Positions 40,589 through 51,153 are shown, counted from the stretch's first letter. The stretch is DNA of 64,000 nt from a candidate division FCPU426 bacterium (GCA_963796105.1 CAWCKJ010000004.1:1088001-1152000), one strand, 5' to 3'. The notes: a model not told the origin generated them from the sequence alone. Made by a program: numbers and translations.

Positions 40589-42784
40589 TTATTTGGTTTC
40601 CTGGATCACCGCTCCGGCGTAGGAGGCGGCCCATTGGGCGAGATGGGTCAAGCCTTGGGCCTGGAAGTATTGGCCCAACTTCCGGTAATCCTCCCGGGAT
40701 TTCTCCTTATTCAGCGGGACTTTGTCTGGGGGCGATGCCTTGATCTCCCCAATTCTGGATGCGATTTCCTTGGATTGGGGGCTCCTGAGCAGGGCTTTTT
40801 GTAAACAGGCAATGGCGGACTCCTTGTTCCCGGCCAAGAAACAGGCGGTTGACTCATTCAGGTAACAAGGCAAATAGTCCGGGTCGCATTGGATTCCCTT
40901 ATCGCATAAAACTTTCGACATCTCCAAGTAACCCCATTTTCCCAGGATGACAGCCTGGTCGGCATAAGCGATGGCTGAGTCCGGGTAGAAATCCAGTCCC
41001 TTCCCAAAATGCCTCAAGGCCGGAAGATCCTGGGAGGCTTGGTAAAGAAGGTGGGCGGCCTCGAAATGCTGGTTGGAGTAATAGCGGTACATTTCAGTGC
41101 TGGAAAAATCCCTCCCTGGGTTATTCCAAAACTCAGCGAGGCCCCTGTATCTTCCGCGGTCCGAGAGCACCAGGACTGCTTCGGAAACGGATTCGAGGGA
41201 CGGCGGCTGGGCCGACCATTGGTAAGCCAAGCCGTGAAGAGACCAAGCCCCTTTCTGAGGATGCCTCAGGGCCGGAAGAAATTCCCAACCCAGCGAATGA
41301 AACAAGGGGCGGGCCAGGCCCCCGCGGATGAGATTACCAAGACATTCCCCCACTTGGGCGTCACTTGAAGGGAAACACAATGACCCAAAGAGATCCAGCG
41401 AGAGCTGGTTCCATCCCCAACCGTGGAGCAGGAAAATGGAGGGAGTAAATGTGACATCCGGCCGAAGCCCCCGGACGTATTTCCCGTACCAGATGGGCAT
41501 CACATAATGGTCGCCATCCCCCAAAAACACCGCTCCTTTGGGGATATCCCTCAGGGCGTTCGTCCCGAAATCCTCCGCCAGGGTGTAGCGGCTTTTATCC
41601 TCGAGGTGGTAGACGTGGACGAGCCATCCGCAGGAAAAAAAGGCAAGGACGGCCGCAAATACCCAAGCCGTTTTTTCTTTTTTGAAAAAACGGGTCCCTA
41701 TCCATAAGACTCCTGAAAAGCCAAGCGCCAGCCAGGCGCCCGCGATGGAAATAAGGTAAAGGGGAAGAAGGTGCAGGTTCTTCAACTCGTGGATGAAAAA
41801 GACCGCCGTTGAAACGGGCAGGATTAACGAGAGGAGCGCGGAAAATATTTTTTTGTCCCTGCCCCAAAGATACAGGGTGCCTAAGGCGGCCAGGGGGATA
41901 AAGCCCGGCATCCAGGACCAAAGAGCGGTTTGGAAAAACTCCTTGAGGGTTTCGAGATAAAAAACGGGAGGTTGTACCCAGGATTCCAGGCCGGAAACCA
42001 AGTGCCGGGATACCACCCAAAGGAATTCCCGCAAGTTAACCGGGTTACCCCAGCAAGGCTCGGCGCGCAAGGCCGACCTGACAGGGAGATAGAGATAAGG
42101 CGTCAGCCCAATGAAAGCGAGGGAAATAGAACGAAGAACAGCTTTGATGCTAAGTCTTGAGGTGGAAAATCCGCCCCAAACCAAAAGAAAAGGAACCCAT
42201 AAAATAGAGGTTTGCCAGTGATGGGCGAGGCCCAAGCCCCAAAGGAAGCAAGCCAGGATGAAGTATCCGCTTTGGCTCGCGGAACGCCGGAGGAATAGCC
42301 AAAGCAAGAAATTAGAAAAGCAAAGGGAGAGAGTGTAAATACAGCCTTTTGCCGTGAGGCTTTGGGCGAATAGGTTTCGGCATGAGATAAAGAGCAATCC
42401 CGTACTGGCCAGGAGGGTCAGTTGGATTTTTTGCCGGGAGGGAGAGAACCAGGAATCGGATGTCCCGATCCGCCGGCATGAATCCAGGATAAACCAGAGG
42501 GAGACGAGAAGCAGCGATTGGGAGAAAAGATTCAGCCTGAAAGCCGGGGATCCCACGGGAAGCCAGGTGGCCAGGTGCCCCAGGAGATTGAAGAGGGGAT
42601 AGCCAGGAGGGTGGGGCAGTCCCAGGTTCCAGGCGGCGGCGGCCAACTCGCCGCTGTCATCCGACATGAGGCCGGGGTTCTGCGCCAGGAGAAGGACCTG
42701 CCATAATCCGAGAAAAAACAAAGCTCCCAGCCAATGGGGCATGGGATTTGACTCTTTTTCCCGTATTGGCTGGATTGGACTCAT
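40589..42784 (-). CDS. DUF2723 / TMEM260-like membrane glycosyltransferase with TPR
   Basis: DDSGEL...LGLPHPPGYPLF, GLAHH, YLYLPVRS, WGNP, C-terminal TPRs. Confidence 0.85.
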   Translation of the reverse strand: MSPIQPIREKESNPMPHWLGALFFLGLWQVLLLAQNPGLMSDDSGELAAAAWNLGLPHPPGYPLFNLLGHLATWLPVGSPAFRLNLFSQSLLLVSLWFILDSCRRIGTSDSWFSPSRQKIQLTLLASTGLLFISCRNLFAQSLTAKGCIYTLSLCFSNFLLWLFLRRSASQSGYFILACFLWGLGLAHHWQTSILWVPFLLVWGGFSTSRLSIKAVLRSISLAFIGLTPYLYLPVRSALRAEPCWGNPVNLREFLWVVSRHLVSGLESWVQPPVFYLETLKEFFQTALWSWMPGFIPLAALGTLYLWGRDKKIFSALLSLILPVSTAVFFIHELKNLHLLPLYLISIAGAWLALGFSGVLWIGTRFFKKEKTAWVFAAVLAFFSCGWLVHVYHLEDKSRYTLAEDFGTNALRDIPKGAVFLGDGDHYVMPIWYGKYVRGLRPDVTFTPSIFLLHGWGWNQLSLDLFGSLCFPSSDAQVGECLGNLIRGGLARPLFHSLGWEFLPALRHPQKGAWSLHGLAYQWSAQPPSLESVSEAVLVLSDRGRYRGLAEFWNNPGRDFSSTEMYRYYSNQHFEAAHLLYQASQDLPALRHFGKGLDFYPDSAIAYADQAVILGKWGYLEMSKVLCDKGIQCDPDYLPCYLNESTACFLAGNKESAIACLQKALLRSPQSKEIASRIGEIKASPPDKVPLNKEKSREDYRKLGQYFQAQGLTHLAQWAASYAGAVIQETK

Positions 42785-42906
42785 GGATTGATTTTAGCAG
42801 GTCCATCGGCAACTAAAAACAACGGGATGAACCGTTTCAAATCGTTTTTGCCGCCTTTGCCCGCGAGGGGATTGCCGGGATCGAGGGATAGCGGTTCCTT
42901 AAAGCC

Positions 42907-43761
42907 TCAAGCTAATTTTCCTGTTTGGTAATCCAGGAAAGCCTGCTTCAGTTCGCCGGGGGTGTTCATGACGAATGGCCCGCCGCGGGCGATGGGTTCC
43001 CCGATCTTTTGGGCTGAGGCGAACAGGAAGCGCGCCTTCCCCCCGCCTGAGTCCTTGAGATGGATTTGGTTTCCCTCGCCGAAGACTCCCAAATATCCGG
43101 TTTTGCCGGATTGAGTTTTACCAGCACCTAACGCTTCAACTTGTCCCTCAATTACGTAGATGAAAGCGTTCTGGTTCTCAGGAACTGGATACTCAAATTC
43201 CGCTTCAGGGTCCAAAGTCAGGTCGAAATAACTGAATGGGATATTGCTCTTCGCCGGGCTTTTTTGGCCCCCATATTCACCCGCGAGAATTTTCGCCCTC
43301 ACACCGCCTTGCTCGACGACTGGCAAAGCCTCCGAGGGAATGTCCTGGTAATAGGGTTCGATCATTTTCCATTTGGCGGGGAGGTTCAGCCAAAGCTGGT
43401 AGCCCCAGGAAAGACCGCCGGTTGGCTCCGGCATCTCGCTGTGGATGAGGCCCTTGCCCGCGGTCATCCATTGGACGGCCCCGGTTTTCAAGTGGCCCTT
43501 GTGGCCCCGCGAGTCCCGGTGGGTGAAATTGCCCGCCAAGAGGTAGGTGATGGTCTCGAACCCCCGGTGGGGGTGGTCGGGGAAGCCAGCCATGTAATCC
43601 CCGGGATCATCGTTCTTGAACTCGTCCAGGAGAAGGAAGGGGTCCAAATGATCCAGCTCCCGCGAGGCGATGATACGCTTGAGCTTGACCCCCGCCCCGT
43701 CGGAAGTGTCTTGGCCCCGGATGATTTTATCGATGGATCTTATTTTCTTAGTCTGGCTCAT
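42907..43761 (-). CDS. Pirin family protein
   Basis: DGAGV, DPFLLLD, GFPDHPHRGFETITY, WMTAGKGLIHSE, QLWLNLP, GPFVMN. Confidence 0.95.
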   Translation of the reverse strand: MSQTKKIRSIDKIIRGQDTSDGAGVKLKRIIASRELDHLDPFLLLDEFKNDDPGDYMAGFPDHPHRGFETITYLLAGNFTHRDSRGHKGHLKTGAVQWMTAGKGLIHSEMPEPTGGLSWGYQLWLNLPAKWKMIEPYYQDIPSEALPVVEQGGVRAKILAGEYGGQKSPAKSNIPFSYFDLTLDPEAEFEYPVPENQNAFIYVIEGQVEALGAGKTQSGKTGYLGVFGEGNQIHLKDSGGGKARFLFASAQKIGEPIARGGPFVMNTPGELKQAFLDYQTGKLA

Positions 43762-43861
43762 GATGCTCCCCCCTTGTTCTTTCCCCATTTTTATGAACAT
43801 CAGGGATGAATATCCAGTGGTTACCAGGGGGAGAGCGGTTTGAGAAAGGGAATAAAGATTT

Positions 43862-44002
43862 TGTCATTGCGAGCCGCGAACTCCGCGGCGAAGCAAACTC
43901 AGTTTATGGGTGGTTTTTTAGGATTTGGATTAAGGCATTATTAAACTAAGGTTGCTTCGTCATAATCACCCGCCTATTCGGCGGGCATTCCTCGCAATGA
44001 CA
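43862..44002. repeat. REP/RPE-like palindromic element
   Basis: Terminal inverted repeat TGTCATTGCGAG...CTCGCAATGACA with inner CGAAGCAA/TTGCTTCG pairing. Confidence 0.75.
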
Positions 44003-44020
44003 TATTAAGGTTTAGAGAAT

Positions 44021-44878
44021 TTAACTTCTCGCTTGGATGACCCAGACCAGGATGGAGGCGGCCAGGCAGTAGAAGCCGAAATATTTCCACCGGCCCTTCT
44101 CCAGCCAGCTGGAGAGCCATTCCAAGGCCAGAAGACCCGCCGCGAAGCTCAGGCAGGTTCCCAGGAGGCTCGGAAGAACCAAGTGGCCCAGGGTTCCCGG
44201 AGCGGCGTCCAAGGCCGATTGGGCCTTCCAAAAACGCAGTATCTCCTTGCCCAGCGCGAAGGGGGTGACGGCCAGGGCCAGGGCAAAACTGAATTCCTCG
44301 GCTTTTCTGCGGGCCAATCCTAAAAGAAGCCCTGCGGAGATGGTCGCCCCGGAACGGGAAAAACCCCGGAAAGGAAGGCAAAGCCCCTGGACCAGGCCGA
44401 TCCAGGAGGATTCCGACGGTCCCAATTTTTTCTCGTCCTTTTCCCCCGTGTCTTTTCGCGAGGAAAAAATGATCAGGGCGCCAGCCGCGGCCAAGGCGAT
44501 GGAAATAAGCTTGAGGTTCCCGAAAAGCATCTCAACTTCGGCGTTGGGCGTCGCGCGGAGAGCCACTTTCTCAATCAACTTCATCAGGATAAAGCCAGCC
44601 CCGAGGGTCACGACAGTCGCCAACACGACTTGTTTCAGGAAAGCCAGTGCCTTTTCCCTGGAGGCGAAATAATTGTTTTTCCAGTCGTCCCAGAAATAAA
44701 CCAAAACGGAGAACATGGTCCCGGTATGGAGCGCCACCAGGAAAAGGGTCATGGCAGGGTCGGTGGGATCCAAGCGCAGGAGTTTCTCCGCCAGGATGAC
44801 ATGGGCGGAACTGGACACGGGAAGAAGCTCCGCCAGTCCCTGCACGACGGCCAAGAGGGCGATTTGAAGAAGGTTCAT
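44021..44878 (-). CDS. uppP: Undecaprenyl-diphosphate phosphatase (BacA)
   Basis: VQGLAELLPVSSSAH, GFSRSGATISAG, AEEFSF. Confidence 0.92.
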   Translation of the reverse strand: MNLLQIALLAVVQGLAELLPVSSSAHVILAEKLLRLDPTDPAMTLFLVALHTGTMFSVLVYFWDDWKNNYFASREKALAFLKQVVLATVVTLGAGFILMKLIEKVALRATPNAEVEMLFGNLKLISIALAAAGALIIFSSRKDTGEKDEKKLGPSESSWIGLVQGLCLPFRGFSRSGATISAGLLLGLARRKAEEFSFALALAVTPFALGKEILRFWKAQSALDAAPGTLGHLVLPSLLGTCLSFAAGLLALEWLSSWLEKGRWKYFGFYCLAASILVWVIQARS

Positions 44879-45041
44879 GGGTTGGTTCCTTTCACGGCGG
44901 ATAAGATAACCTAAAGAGGCTTGAAAAACCCCAGGAAAGATGACGAAAGCATTGGCGCTTGACTAGGTTGATTTTCAGGCTCGATACTTGTCCCGATGGG
45001 CTGTAAAGATGATTTTTCCATTACCTTCCAGGAGGAAATTT

Positions 45042-45425
45042 ATGCCGGGTTTATTTCTTGTCATCGGACTAGCGGCGGGTGTGGCGGCGGGTTTGTTCGG
45101 AGTGGGAGGGGGCATCCTGATCGTCCCGGCCCTGACTTTCCTGGCGGGTTTCTCGCAGGAGAAGGCCACGGGAACCAGCCTGGCGGTGCTTTTACCCCCT
45201 GTGGGGCTTATGGCGGTATTGGAATATTACAAGAACGGCAACGTGGACCTGAAAGCGGGATTGATCATCGCCTGCGGGCTGGTCGCGGGGGCTTGGCTGG
45301 GCGCGATGGGCGCCCACAAGGTCGGGGAAACGGGATTGAAAATATCCTTCGGGGTGTTTTTAACCCTCATCGGGATTTGGGTCATTGTGTCCGCCCTGAG
45401 GGGATTGCCGGTTAAATCCCTGTAA
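45042..45425 (+). CDS. TauE/SafE (DUF81) family half-size membrane protein
   Basis: AGLFGVGGGILIVPAL, ATGTSLA, YYKNGNVD. GGAGG precedes ATG 45042. Confidence 0.88.
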   Translation: MPGLFLVIGLAAGVAAGLFGVGGGILIVPALTFLAGFSQEKATGTSLAVLLPPVGLMAVLEYYKNGNVDLKAGLIIACGLVAGAWLGAMGAHKVGETGLKISFGVFLTLIGIWVIVSALRGLPVKSL

Positions 45426-45464
45426 TTGCGCAAGGGCCAAGTCTAAAAATAATATTCATGATTC

Positions 45465-46079
45465 CTAGTATTTGACGCTACAGCCGTAGGGAACGGTTGT
45501 TTTTACAGAAACCTCCCGTCCAGACATGGACTCTTTTAAGGCCTGATCCACGTAATTCAAGTAGGGTTTCCCGTCCTTGGTCTGTCCAGGCCATTCATCC
45601 TCCAAAGGGGCGTTGTCCACAGCGCCGTCGTAAATGAGGATTCCCTTCGGGTCAATGATGAAAAGATGGGGAGTGGTCTTGGCCCCGTAAGCGTGACCGA
45701 TCAAGCCCGTTGGGTCCAGGAGGATCGCGGTGGGGGCGGCGCCGTTGCGGCTCGCATCCAGATTGGCTTTTTTCGGGGTCACATAGCCGTCTTTTCCCGG
45801 GGCGGAGGAGATGACCTGGAACCAAACGACCCCCTTTTGGGTCCACTCCTGTTGGAGCTTTTGCATTTTTCCCTTGTACTGGCTCTGGGTGAAGGGACAG
45901 TCGTGGTTATGCCATTCCAGGACCACGAATTTTCCCAGATTGTCCGACAGTCTTCTAATTTTTCCATGGCTGTCCCTGCCCTTGAAGTCCGGCGCCTTCT
46001 CTCCCACCTTAGCCGCCAGCGCGTGAGTGGCGGAAAGACCCAAGGCCAGCATTCCCAGTAAGAAAATCGTCTTTTTCAT
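45465..46079 (-). CDS. Exported thioredoxin-like / AhpC-TSA redoxin
   Basis: Signal peptide, GEKAPDF, VVLEWHNHDCPF, YGAKTTPH, YGCSVKY. Confidence 0.88.
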   Translation of the reverse strand: MKKTIFLLGMLALGLSATHALAAKVGEKAPDFKGRDSHGKIRRLSDNLGKFVVLEWHNHDCPFTQSQYKGKMQKLQQEWTQKGVVWFQVISSAPGKDGYVTPKKANLDASRNGAAPTAILLDPTGLIGHAYGAKTTPHLFIIDPKGILIYDGAVDNAPLEDEWPGQTKDGKPYLNYVDQALKESMSGREVSVKTTVPYGCSVKY

Positions 46080-46720
46080 GATCCGTGTTCCCCCTTTTGC
46101 CACTTCTCATAGTTGAGCCGCGGAATACTCAAGAAGGAGTCGCGGGTTTTTACATAGCTGCCCGTGCCGTTCATTCGGCCCAAGGCATGGAGATCCTGGG
46201 CGAGGACATAGGGGCCCTTGGGGTCGATGAACCAGTCCTCCGCGTAAACCGACACGACCTCTCCCAGGATGATTCGCGACTTGCCAGGTTTCAAGGTCTC
46301 GTATAGCCGGCACTCCAGGGCGGCATGGGCCTTCTTGATCCGGGGAACAGAGACCACCGAGGACTTTTCGGCGGTCAAACCCGCCATTTCCAGCTCGTTG
46401 ACCCCGGGAGGGAACTCCACCCCGCAGATATTCATCTGCCGGGCGATGTCCTCGGTCACGACGTTGACGACAAACTCACCGGTCAGCTCGATATTCCTGG
46501 CGGTGTCCTTGACCCCGTCCCCGTCTCCGGATTTCTGGGCGATCCCCAAACCCACGATAGGAGGGTCCAGGCAGAGATAGTTGTAGGCGCTGAAGGGGGC
46601 GGCGTTGAGGCTTCCGCCGGGGCCGAGGCTCGTGACAAGGGCGATAGGACGCGGCGCGACCAGGCCGATCAAGAGGTTATAAACCTCGCGCATTTCTGAT
46701 TTTTTCAGGTCGAAGTTCAT
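46076..46720 (-). CDS. Flavin reductase-like FMN-binding protein
   Basis: PRPIALVTS, NAAPFS, KDTARNI..TGEFVVN, ALECRL. Confidence 0.9.
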   Translation of the reverse strand: MNFDLKKSEMREVYNLLIGLVAPRPIALVTSLGPGGSLNAAPFSAYNYLCLDPPIVGLGIAQKSGDGDGVKDTARNIELTGEFVVNVVTEDIARQMNICGVEFPPGVNELEMAGLTAEKSSVVSVPRIKKAHAALECRLYETLKPGKSRIILGEVVSVYAEDWFIDPKGPYVLAQDLHALGRMNGTGSYVKTRDSFLSIPRLNYEKWQKGEHGS

Positions 46721-46822
46721 GATGGGTCTCCCGTGAGGTACCGCTGCCTAAGTATAAGCATAAATAGCGCTATAGATGAATGGGGGTTGAATTGGACAGG
46801 ATTTAAATTGATTTGTTTAAAG

Positions 46823-46856
46823 AAAAAGGGCCTCAGGTTTCCTGGAGCCCTTTTTT
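46823..46856. terminator. Probable bidirectional intrinsic terminator
   Basis: AAAAAGGGC...GCCCTTTTTT stem-loop downstream of the 46916-48358 gene. Confidence 0.7.
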
Positions 46857-46915
46857 ATTCATGATCGAATTTTTCTAACCGGCAAGCCTGACCTAGTAGG
46901 CCTTTTAGACTTAGA

Positions 46916-48358
46916 TCAAAAGAAACCCGCAATCATGATTCCGCCGAAGGGACCGCTCAGATTCAATTTAAAAGGCCTGGAATTGGCCGTTGTTGTACTG
47001 GAGGCGCCTATAAAAGTTTCGTTGGCGGCGATTGTAACCATCTGTAAGGATAAGGAACCATTTTTAAAGGAATCGGCTGATGCGGTTTCATATCCTCCAT
47101 AAGCTGAAATACCCGCGTTTTCTCCCAAGCGGAAATCAACACCAGCCTGGCCCTGGCCGCCGGCTCCCATGGACGAATATGTCCCCGCCATCGCATTGGA
47201 AGGGGTACTTGAGTAATCCATACTCATTGGCATGACGAAACCACCAGCGCCAATAAAAGGCCTGATGTCCCCCTCGCCAAACAGATAACGGAGATTTAAA
47301 CCCACCGAAAATGCGCTGATGTCGAAGGAATCACTCCCAGCAACTCCTTGATAAATATAACTTTCAGTAAATTTTCCGACAGGCAGGTAGGATAGGGGAA
47401 TTCCAATTTCTAAATTAGATCCGATACTAATGACAGGTTCCAACGCGATTTGCATGGTGCTGGTTGGTATCTTGGCGTCATAGGTATCAGAGGCGTATCC
47501 CGAGGATTGGGAAATGGATACGGCGGTTTGAAAGGAAGTCGCATGGGTGACCAGATCGTCAAGGCTGATCGAGACAATGGATGGCTCCAGCCGGATTCCG
47601 AACCCGCTTCCCTTGGAGGCTGTCTTAGCCGGTTTCGTGGACGACGCGGCGGCCACCTGGGAATCCACCCACTGCTGGTCCGCCGGAGCGAACCTTGATT
47701 TCAACTGGGTGAGGTAATTCTGGATGGAGGGATCCGGTTGTTTCTGGTTGGAAAGAGTCAAGGCCACGGCGGCATCCTTATAATCCCCGGTCATGACTTG
47801 GCAGTAACCCAGGTATTTGTAAGACGCCGCGTCGTTCGGGTTAGCCTGGATCGCCGCTTGGAATTGGGGAATAGCTTGGGCGTATTGTTTTTGTTGGTAA
47901 AGGGCGACTCCCTGGCTGAAAGCGGATGATGCCGCAGGTGTCGCGGCCGCTACTGGGACCGCCGCAGCTACAGGGGCTGCCGCTGCTGGCGCCGCCGCCG
48001 GAGCAGCTGCCGCGGGAGATCCAGATGTCACCAGCTTCGCCTGGATGGTCTGGACAAAAGAAGCCAACTGGGTGTTGTTGGGCTGGAGCGCGAGGGCTTT
48101 TTGGTAATCCGTTAAGGCGCTTTGGAGCTGGCCTTGCTGGTAGTAGCAATTGCCCCGGCTTTGAAGGGCGCCCACGTTATTGGGGTCCATGTTCAAGGCC
48201 GCCGTGAAGTATTGGACGGCTTGAGTGTAGTTCTGGGCGTTATAGAACTGGAGCCCGGCATTGTAATAGTCAACCGCGGTGTAGGCCGAAGCAATCGAAG
48301 AAGCCAAGAATAGAACCGCGATCAATCCAAAACGGCGGAATAATTGAATAGAACCCAT
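46916..48358 (-). CDS. Secreted TPR protein with Ala/Pro linker and C-terminal outer-membrane beta-barrel
   Basis: Signal peptide, two TPR blocks, amphipathic strands (LNLRYLFG..IRPFIGAGG), terminal Phe. Confidence 0.8.
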   Translation of the reverse strand: MGSIQLFRRFGLIAVLFLASSIASAYTAVDYYNAGLQFYNAQNYTQAVQYFTAALNMDPNNVGALQSRGNCYYQQGQLQSALTDYQKALALQPNNTQLASFVQTIQAKLVTSGSPAAAAPAAAPAAAAPVAAAVPVAAATPAASSAFSQGVALYQQKQYAQAIPQFQAAIQANPNDAASYKYLGYCQVMTGDYKDAAVALTLSNQKQPDPSIQNYLTQLKSRFAPADQQWVDSQVAAASSTKPAKTASKGSGFGIRLEPSIVSISLDDLVTHATSFQTAVSISQSSGYASDTYDAKIPTSTMQIALEPVISIGSNLEIGIPLSYLPVGKFTESYIYQGVAGSDSFDISAFSVGLNLRYLFGEGDIRPFIGAGGFVMPMSMDYSSTPSNAMAGTYSSMGAGGQGQAGVDFRLGENAGISAYGGYETASADSFKNGSLSLQMVTIAANETFIGASSTTTANSRPFKLNLSGPFGGIMIAGFF

Positions 48359-48496
48359 GAGACCTTCCTTTAATAAAATTTGTTCCTGCTAACGGCTCGA
48401 CAGAATGAGGCAAAACAGGTTCTCCCCGAACCCGTATCAGGGAGAGATTTTACCAAGATTAACCGTTTTGGGTGAGTGAAAATCGGTTGCCGGGGG

Positions 48497-50512
48497 TTAT
48501 TCTTTTTTACCGGATTTCTTCTGGGCGAGCTTCCATTTCTTGAAATAATCAGGGTTTTGGGGCTGGAGGCTTTCCGCTGTTTGGTATGCCTGGGCGGCCT
48601 CTTTGTATTTTCCCTGGAGCATGTCAATATCGCCCAACTTCCCATAAAAAAGGGCTTCCTTGGGCATCAGCATGATTCCTTTCTTGTACCAGGCGGTGGC
48701 CTCGGGCAAATTACGGTTTTTAATGTAAAGGGAGCCAAGATTATCCAGGTACTCCGGGCTGAAGGGGTTAAGCGAGTAGGCGTTTTTAAACGCCTCCTCC
48801 GAGTCCTTCAAGCGTTTCAAATTCCAATAGGTGACGCCCAGGTCCCGGAAGCCGTCCGAGAAGTCGGGCCTGATCTTGACCACCTCCTGGATGGCTGCCA
48901 AGGCTTTCTCATGAAGACCTTTAAGCTCGTAGGCGTACCAGAGATGGTGGTACAAATCCGAAGGGGCGGCATCCTGGTAAAGATTGACGGCTTGGTTCAA
49001 TTCCTCGATGGCCTCGTCCGGGCGGTTCATCGACAGGAGGACCGTTCCTTTCTCCTCGTGGATGTGGGCGCTGGTAGGGGGGAGCGCGAGGGCCAGGTCG
49101 TACTCGCGCAGGGCGTCGGCGTGGCGTCCCGCCAACTCATAGGCCCGGGCCAGGTTGGCGTGGGGGACCTGGCTCCCCTCAGGGAATAACCTGTCCACCT
49201 CCTCCCAAAGCGCCACTGAGTTTTTCCAAATGGAGAGCTGGCGGACGGTTCCCGATCCCAAACCCAACACCATAAGGGCGCAGAGCCCCGCCAAAAGAGC
49301 CGGCTTCTTTGAGAGCTTGGTCGAGAGAAAGGAGGAAACTAACAGGAAAATTCCAAGAGTTGGAAGGTAGGTGTAGCGGTCCGCGGCGGCCTGAAGCCCC
49401 ACCTGGGGGAAACCCAGGACCGGCGCGAGGGTGGCGAGATAAAAAACCCATGCGGCCGCCAGGTACGGTTTTCGCCTCCAATAAATCACACAAACCAGGG
49501 AAATAGCCGCTACCGCCAAGGCTGAGGCTAAATGAGTGAGAGTGTAAGTCTCCAGGTTGGGATCCATCGGATAGAAGGGAGCCAGGTTCAAGGGCAGCAG
49601 TATTTTCCAAAGGTAAAAGCCCAGGGAATGAAAAGCGTTCATGATCCGGTAATCCAGGGGAATAAGCCCTGGGGTGATAAAAGCGCCCGCCTGGTATTGG
49701 GCGAAGGCTGTGACTCCGGAAACGGCCAAGGAGGCGAGGATAAAAAGTGTCTTCTCGAATAACATTTTGGAAAACGCGCCCTTCAACCGTCCCAGGGGCC
49801 ACGCGTCCAGCAGGAGCAAAACCAGGGGAAGGGTGACCGACATGGGTTTGGACATTAGGGCCAGCAGGAAAAGCCCCAGGCAGGCATGGAATTTCCATTT
49901 TTTAACGGGGACCTGGGAGGCGTAATCGACGTACAACAAAAGGCTGCCCAGGTAGAAGAAGGCGCAAAGGACGTCCCTTCGTTCCGCGGCCCAGGCCACG
50001 GATTCAACATGAAGGGGATGGAGGCCGAACAACAACGCGCTTAAGAAGGCGGCGGGAACCAGAGGGAAACCGGACCGAAGCCCAGGATCATTGTCGTGAA
50101 TTTGTTTTTGCGCTGATTCCAGGACGCGGAAGGAAAGAAAAAACACGAGGGTAGTGTTAAGCGCGTGAAGGAAAAGGTTGTGAATGTGGTAAACCCAGGG
50201 ATGAAAGCCCGCTATTTGGTAGTCCAGGGCCAGGGAAATCCAGGTCAGGGGAATCCAATTTCCGGTTTGGGAGGTGGACCAAATCCACTGGAAAAAGGTG
50301 AGGCCTATGGCCCGGATGTGGGGATTGTCGAAGATGAATACCTGGTCGTCCCAAATCACGAAATCATGGCGGGTAACGGGCAGGTAAAAAAGGAAAGTCA
50401 TCAGGGCCGGAACCAAGGCCCAAAACCAAGATTTCTTCCGTCCGGTCCACGCGTTCAAGAAAGGGTTTGGGTCCTTTGAGACGGCGTCGGTCTTCCCTGT
50501 TTCAGGGGGCAT
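48497..50512 (-). CDS. TMTC-like membrane glycosyltransferase with TPRs
   Basis: FVIWDD acidic motif, WIPLTWIS, HPLHVESVAW..ERRD, LMSKP, AADRYTYLP, W....LWE, C-terminal TPRs. Confidence 0.87.
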   Translation of the reverse strand: MPPETGKTDAVSKDPNPFLNAWTGRKKSWFWALVPALMTFLFYLPVTRHDFVIWDDQVFIFDNPHIRAIGLTFFQWIWSTSQTGNWIPLTWISLALDYQIAGFHPWVYHIHNLFLHALNTTLVFFLSFRVLESAQKQIHDNDPGLRSGFPLVPAAFLSALLFGLHPLHVESVAWAAERRDVLCAFFYLGSLLLYVDYASQVPVKKWKFHACLGLFLLALMSKPMSVTLPLVLLLLDAWPLGRLKGAFSKMLFEKTLFILASLAVSGVTAFAQYQAGAFITPGLIPLDYRIMNAFHSLGFYLWKILLPLNLAPFYPMDPNLETYTLTHLASALAVAAISLVCVIYWRRKPYLAAAWVFYLATLAPVLGFPQVGLQAAADRYTYLPTLGIFLLVSSFLSTKLSKKPALLAGLCALMVLGLGSGTVRQLSIWKNSVALWEEVDRLFPEGSQVPHANLARAYELAGRHADALREYDLALALPPTSAHIHEEKGTVLLSMNRPDEAIEELNQAVNLYQDAAPSDLYHHLWYAYELKGLHEKALAAIQEVVKIRPDFSDGFRDLGVTYWNLKRLKDSEEAFKNAYSLNPFSPEYLDNLGSLYIKNRNLPEATAWYKKGIMLMPKEALFYGKLGDIDMLQGKYKEAAQAYQTAESLQPQNPDYFKKWKLAQKKSGKKE

Positions 50513-50685
50513 TTGGTTCCTTTATAGGAGTTGGGAATACCGCATTCTATCAGATGGAACTCCCTACCAAAAGAAGAGGACCCCTTTGCCGGCCGGATCA
50601 AACGCCGACTTCCTTTTTAACTCCATAAAGTGTATGAATAGTCCGGCGGTCCTCATAACATCAAGTTATCAAGGGAGGGGGGAAG

Positions 50686-51138
50686 ATGATTCTTTATAAC
50701 GTCGTGAAGTTCCTGCACGTGTTTTTAGCCATGGTCGCGGTCGGCTTCAACACCAGCTACGGGTACTGGATCGTGCGGGGTAGGAAAGACGGGGCCAGCC
50801 TGGGATTTGTCCTGAAGGGCATCAAGACTATGGATAACCGCATCGCTAACCCCTGCTACTTGGGCCTTCTCGTGACCGGCCCCATGATGATTTCCATGTC
50901 CCACATTCCCTGGGGAACCCTTTGGGTCTGGTTGTCCGCCTCTCTTTTCGGATTGGTCCTCCTATTAGGGTGGCTGGTTTACACGCCCACTTTGCGGGGC
51001 CAAATTGAGGCCTTGGCAAAAGCGGGCAAGGACTCGGCGGATTATTTAGCCTTGGATAAAAAAGGTAAAATCCTGGGAATGATCCAGGGCCTAACCGTGG
51101 CCGTGATCGTATTCTTGATGGTGACTAAACCTTCCTGA
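50686..51138 (+). CDS. DUF2269-like 4-TM membrane protein
   Basis: KFLHVFLAMVAVG N-terminus and FLMVTKP C-terminus. Confidence 0.8.
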   Translation: MILYNVVKFLHVFLAMVAVGFNTSYGYWIVRGRKDGASLGFVLKGIKTMDNRIANPCYLGLLVTGPMMISMSHIPWGTLWVWLSASLFGLVLLLGWLVYTPTLRGQIEALAKAGKDSADYLALDKKGKILGMIQGLTVAVIVFLMVTKPS

Positions 51139-51153
51139 GGGAAGGGAATTAAT

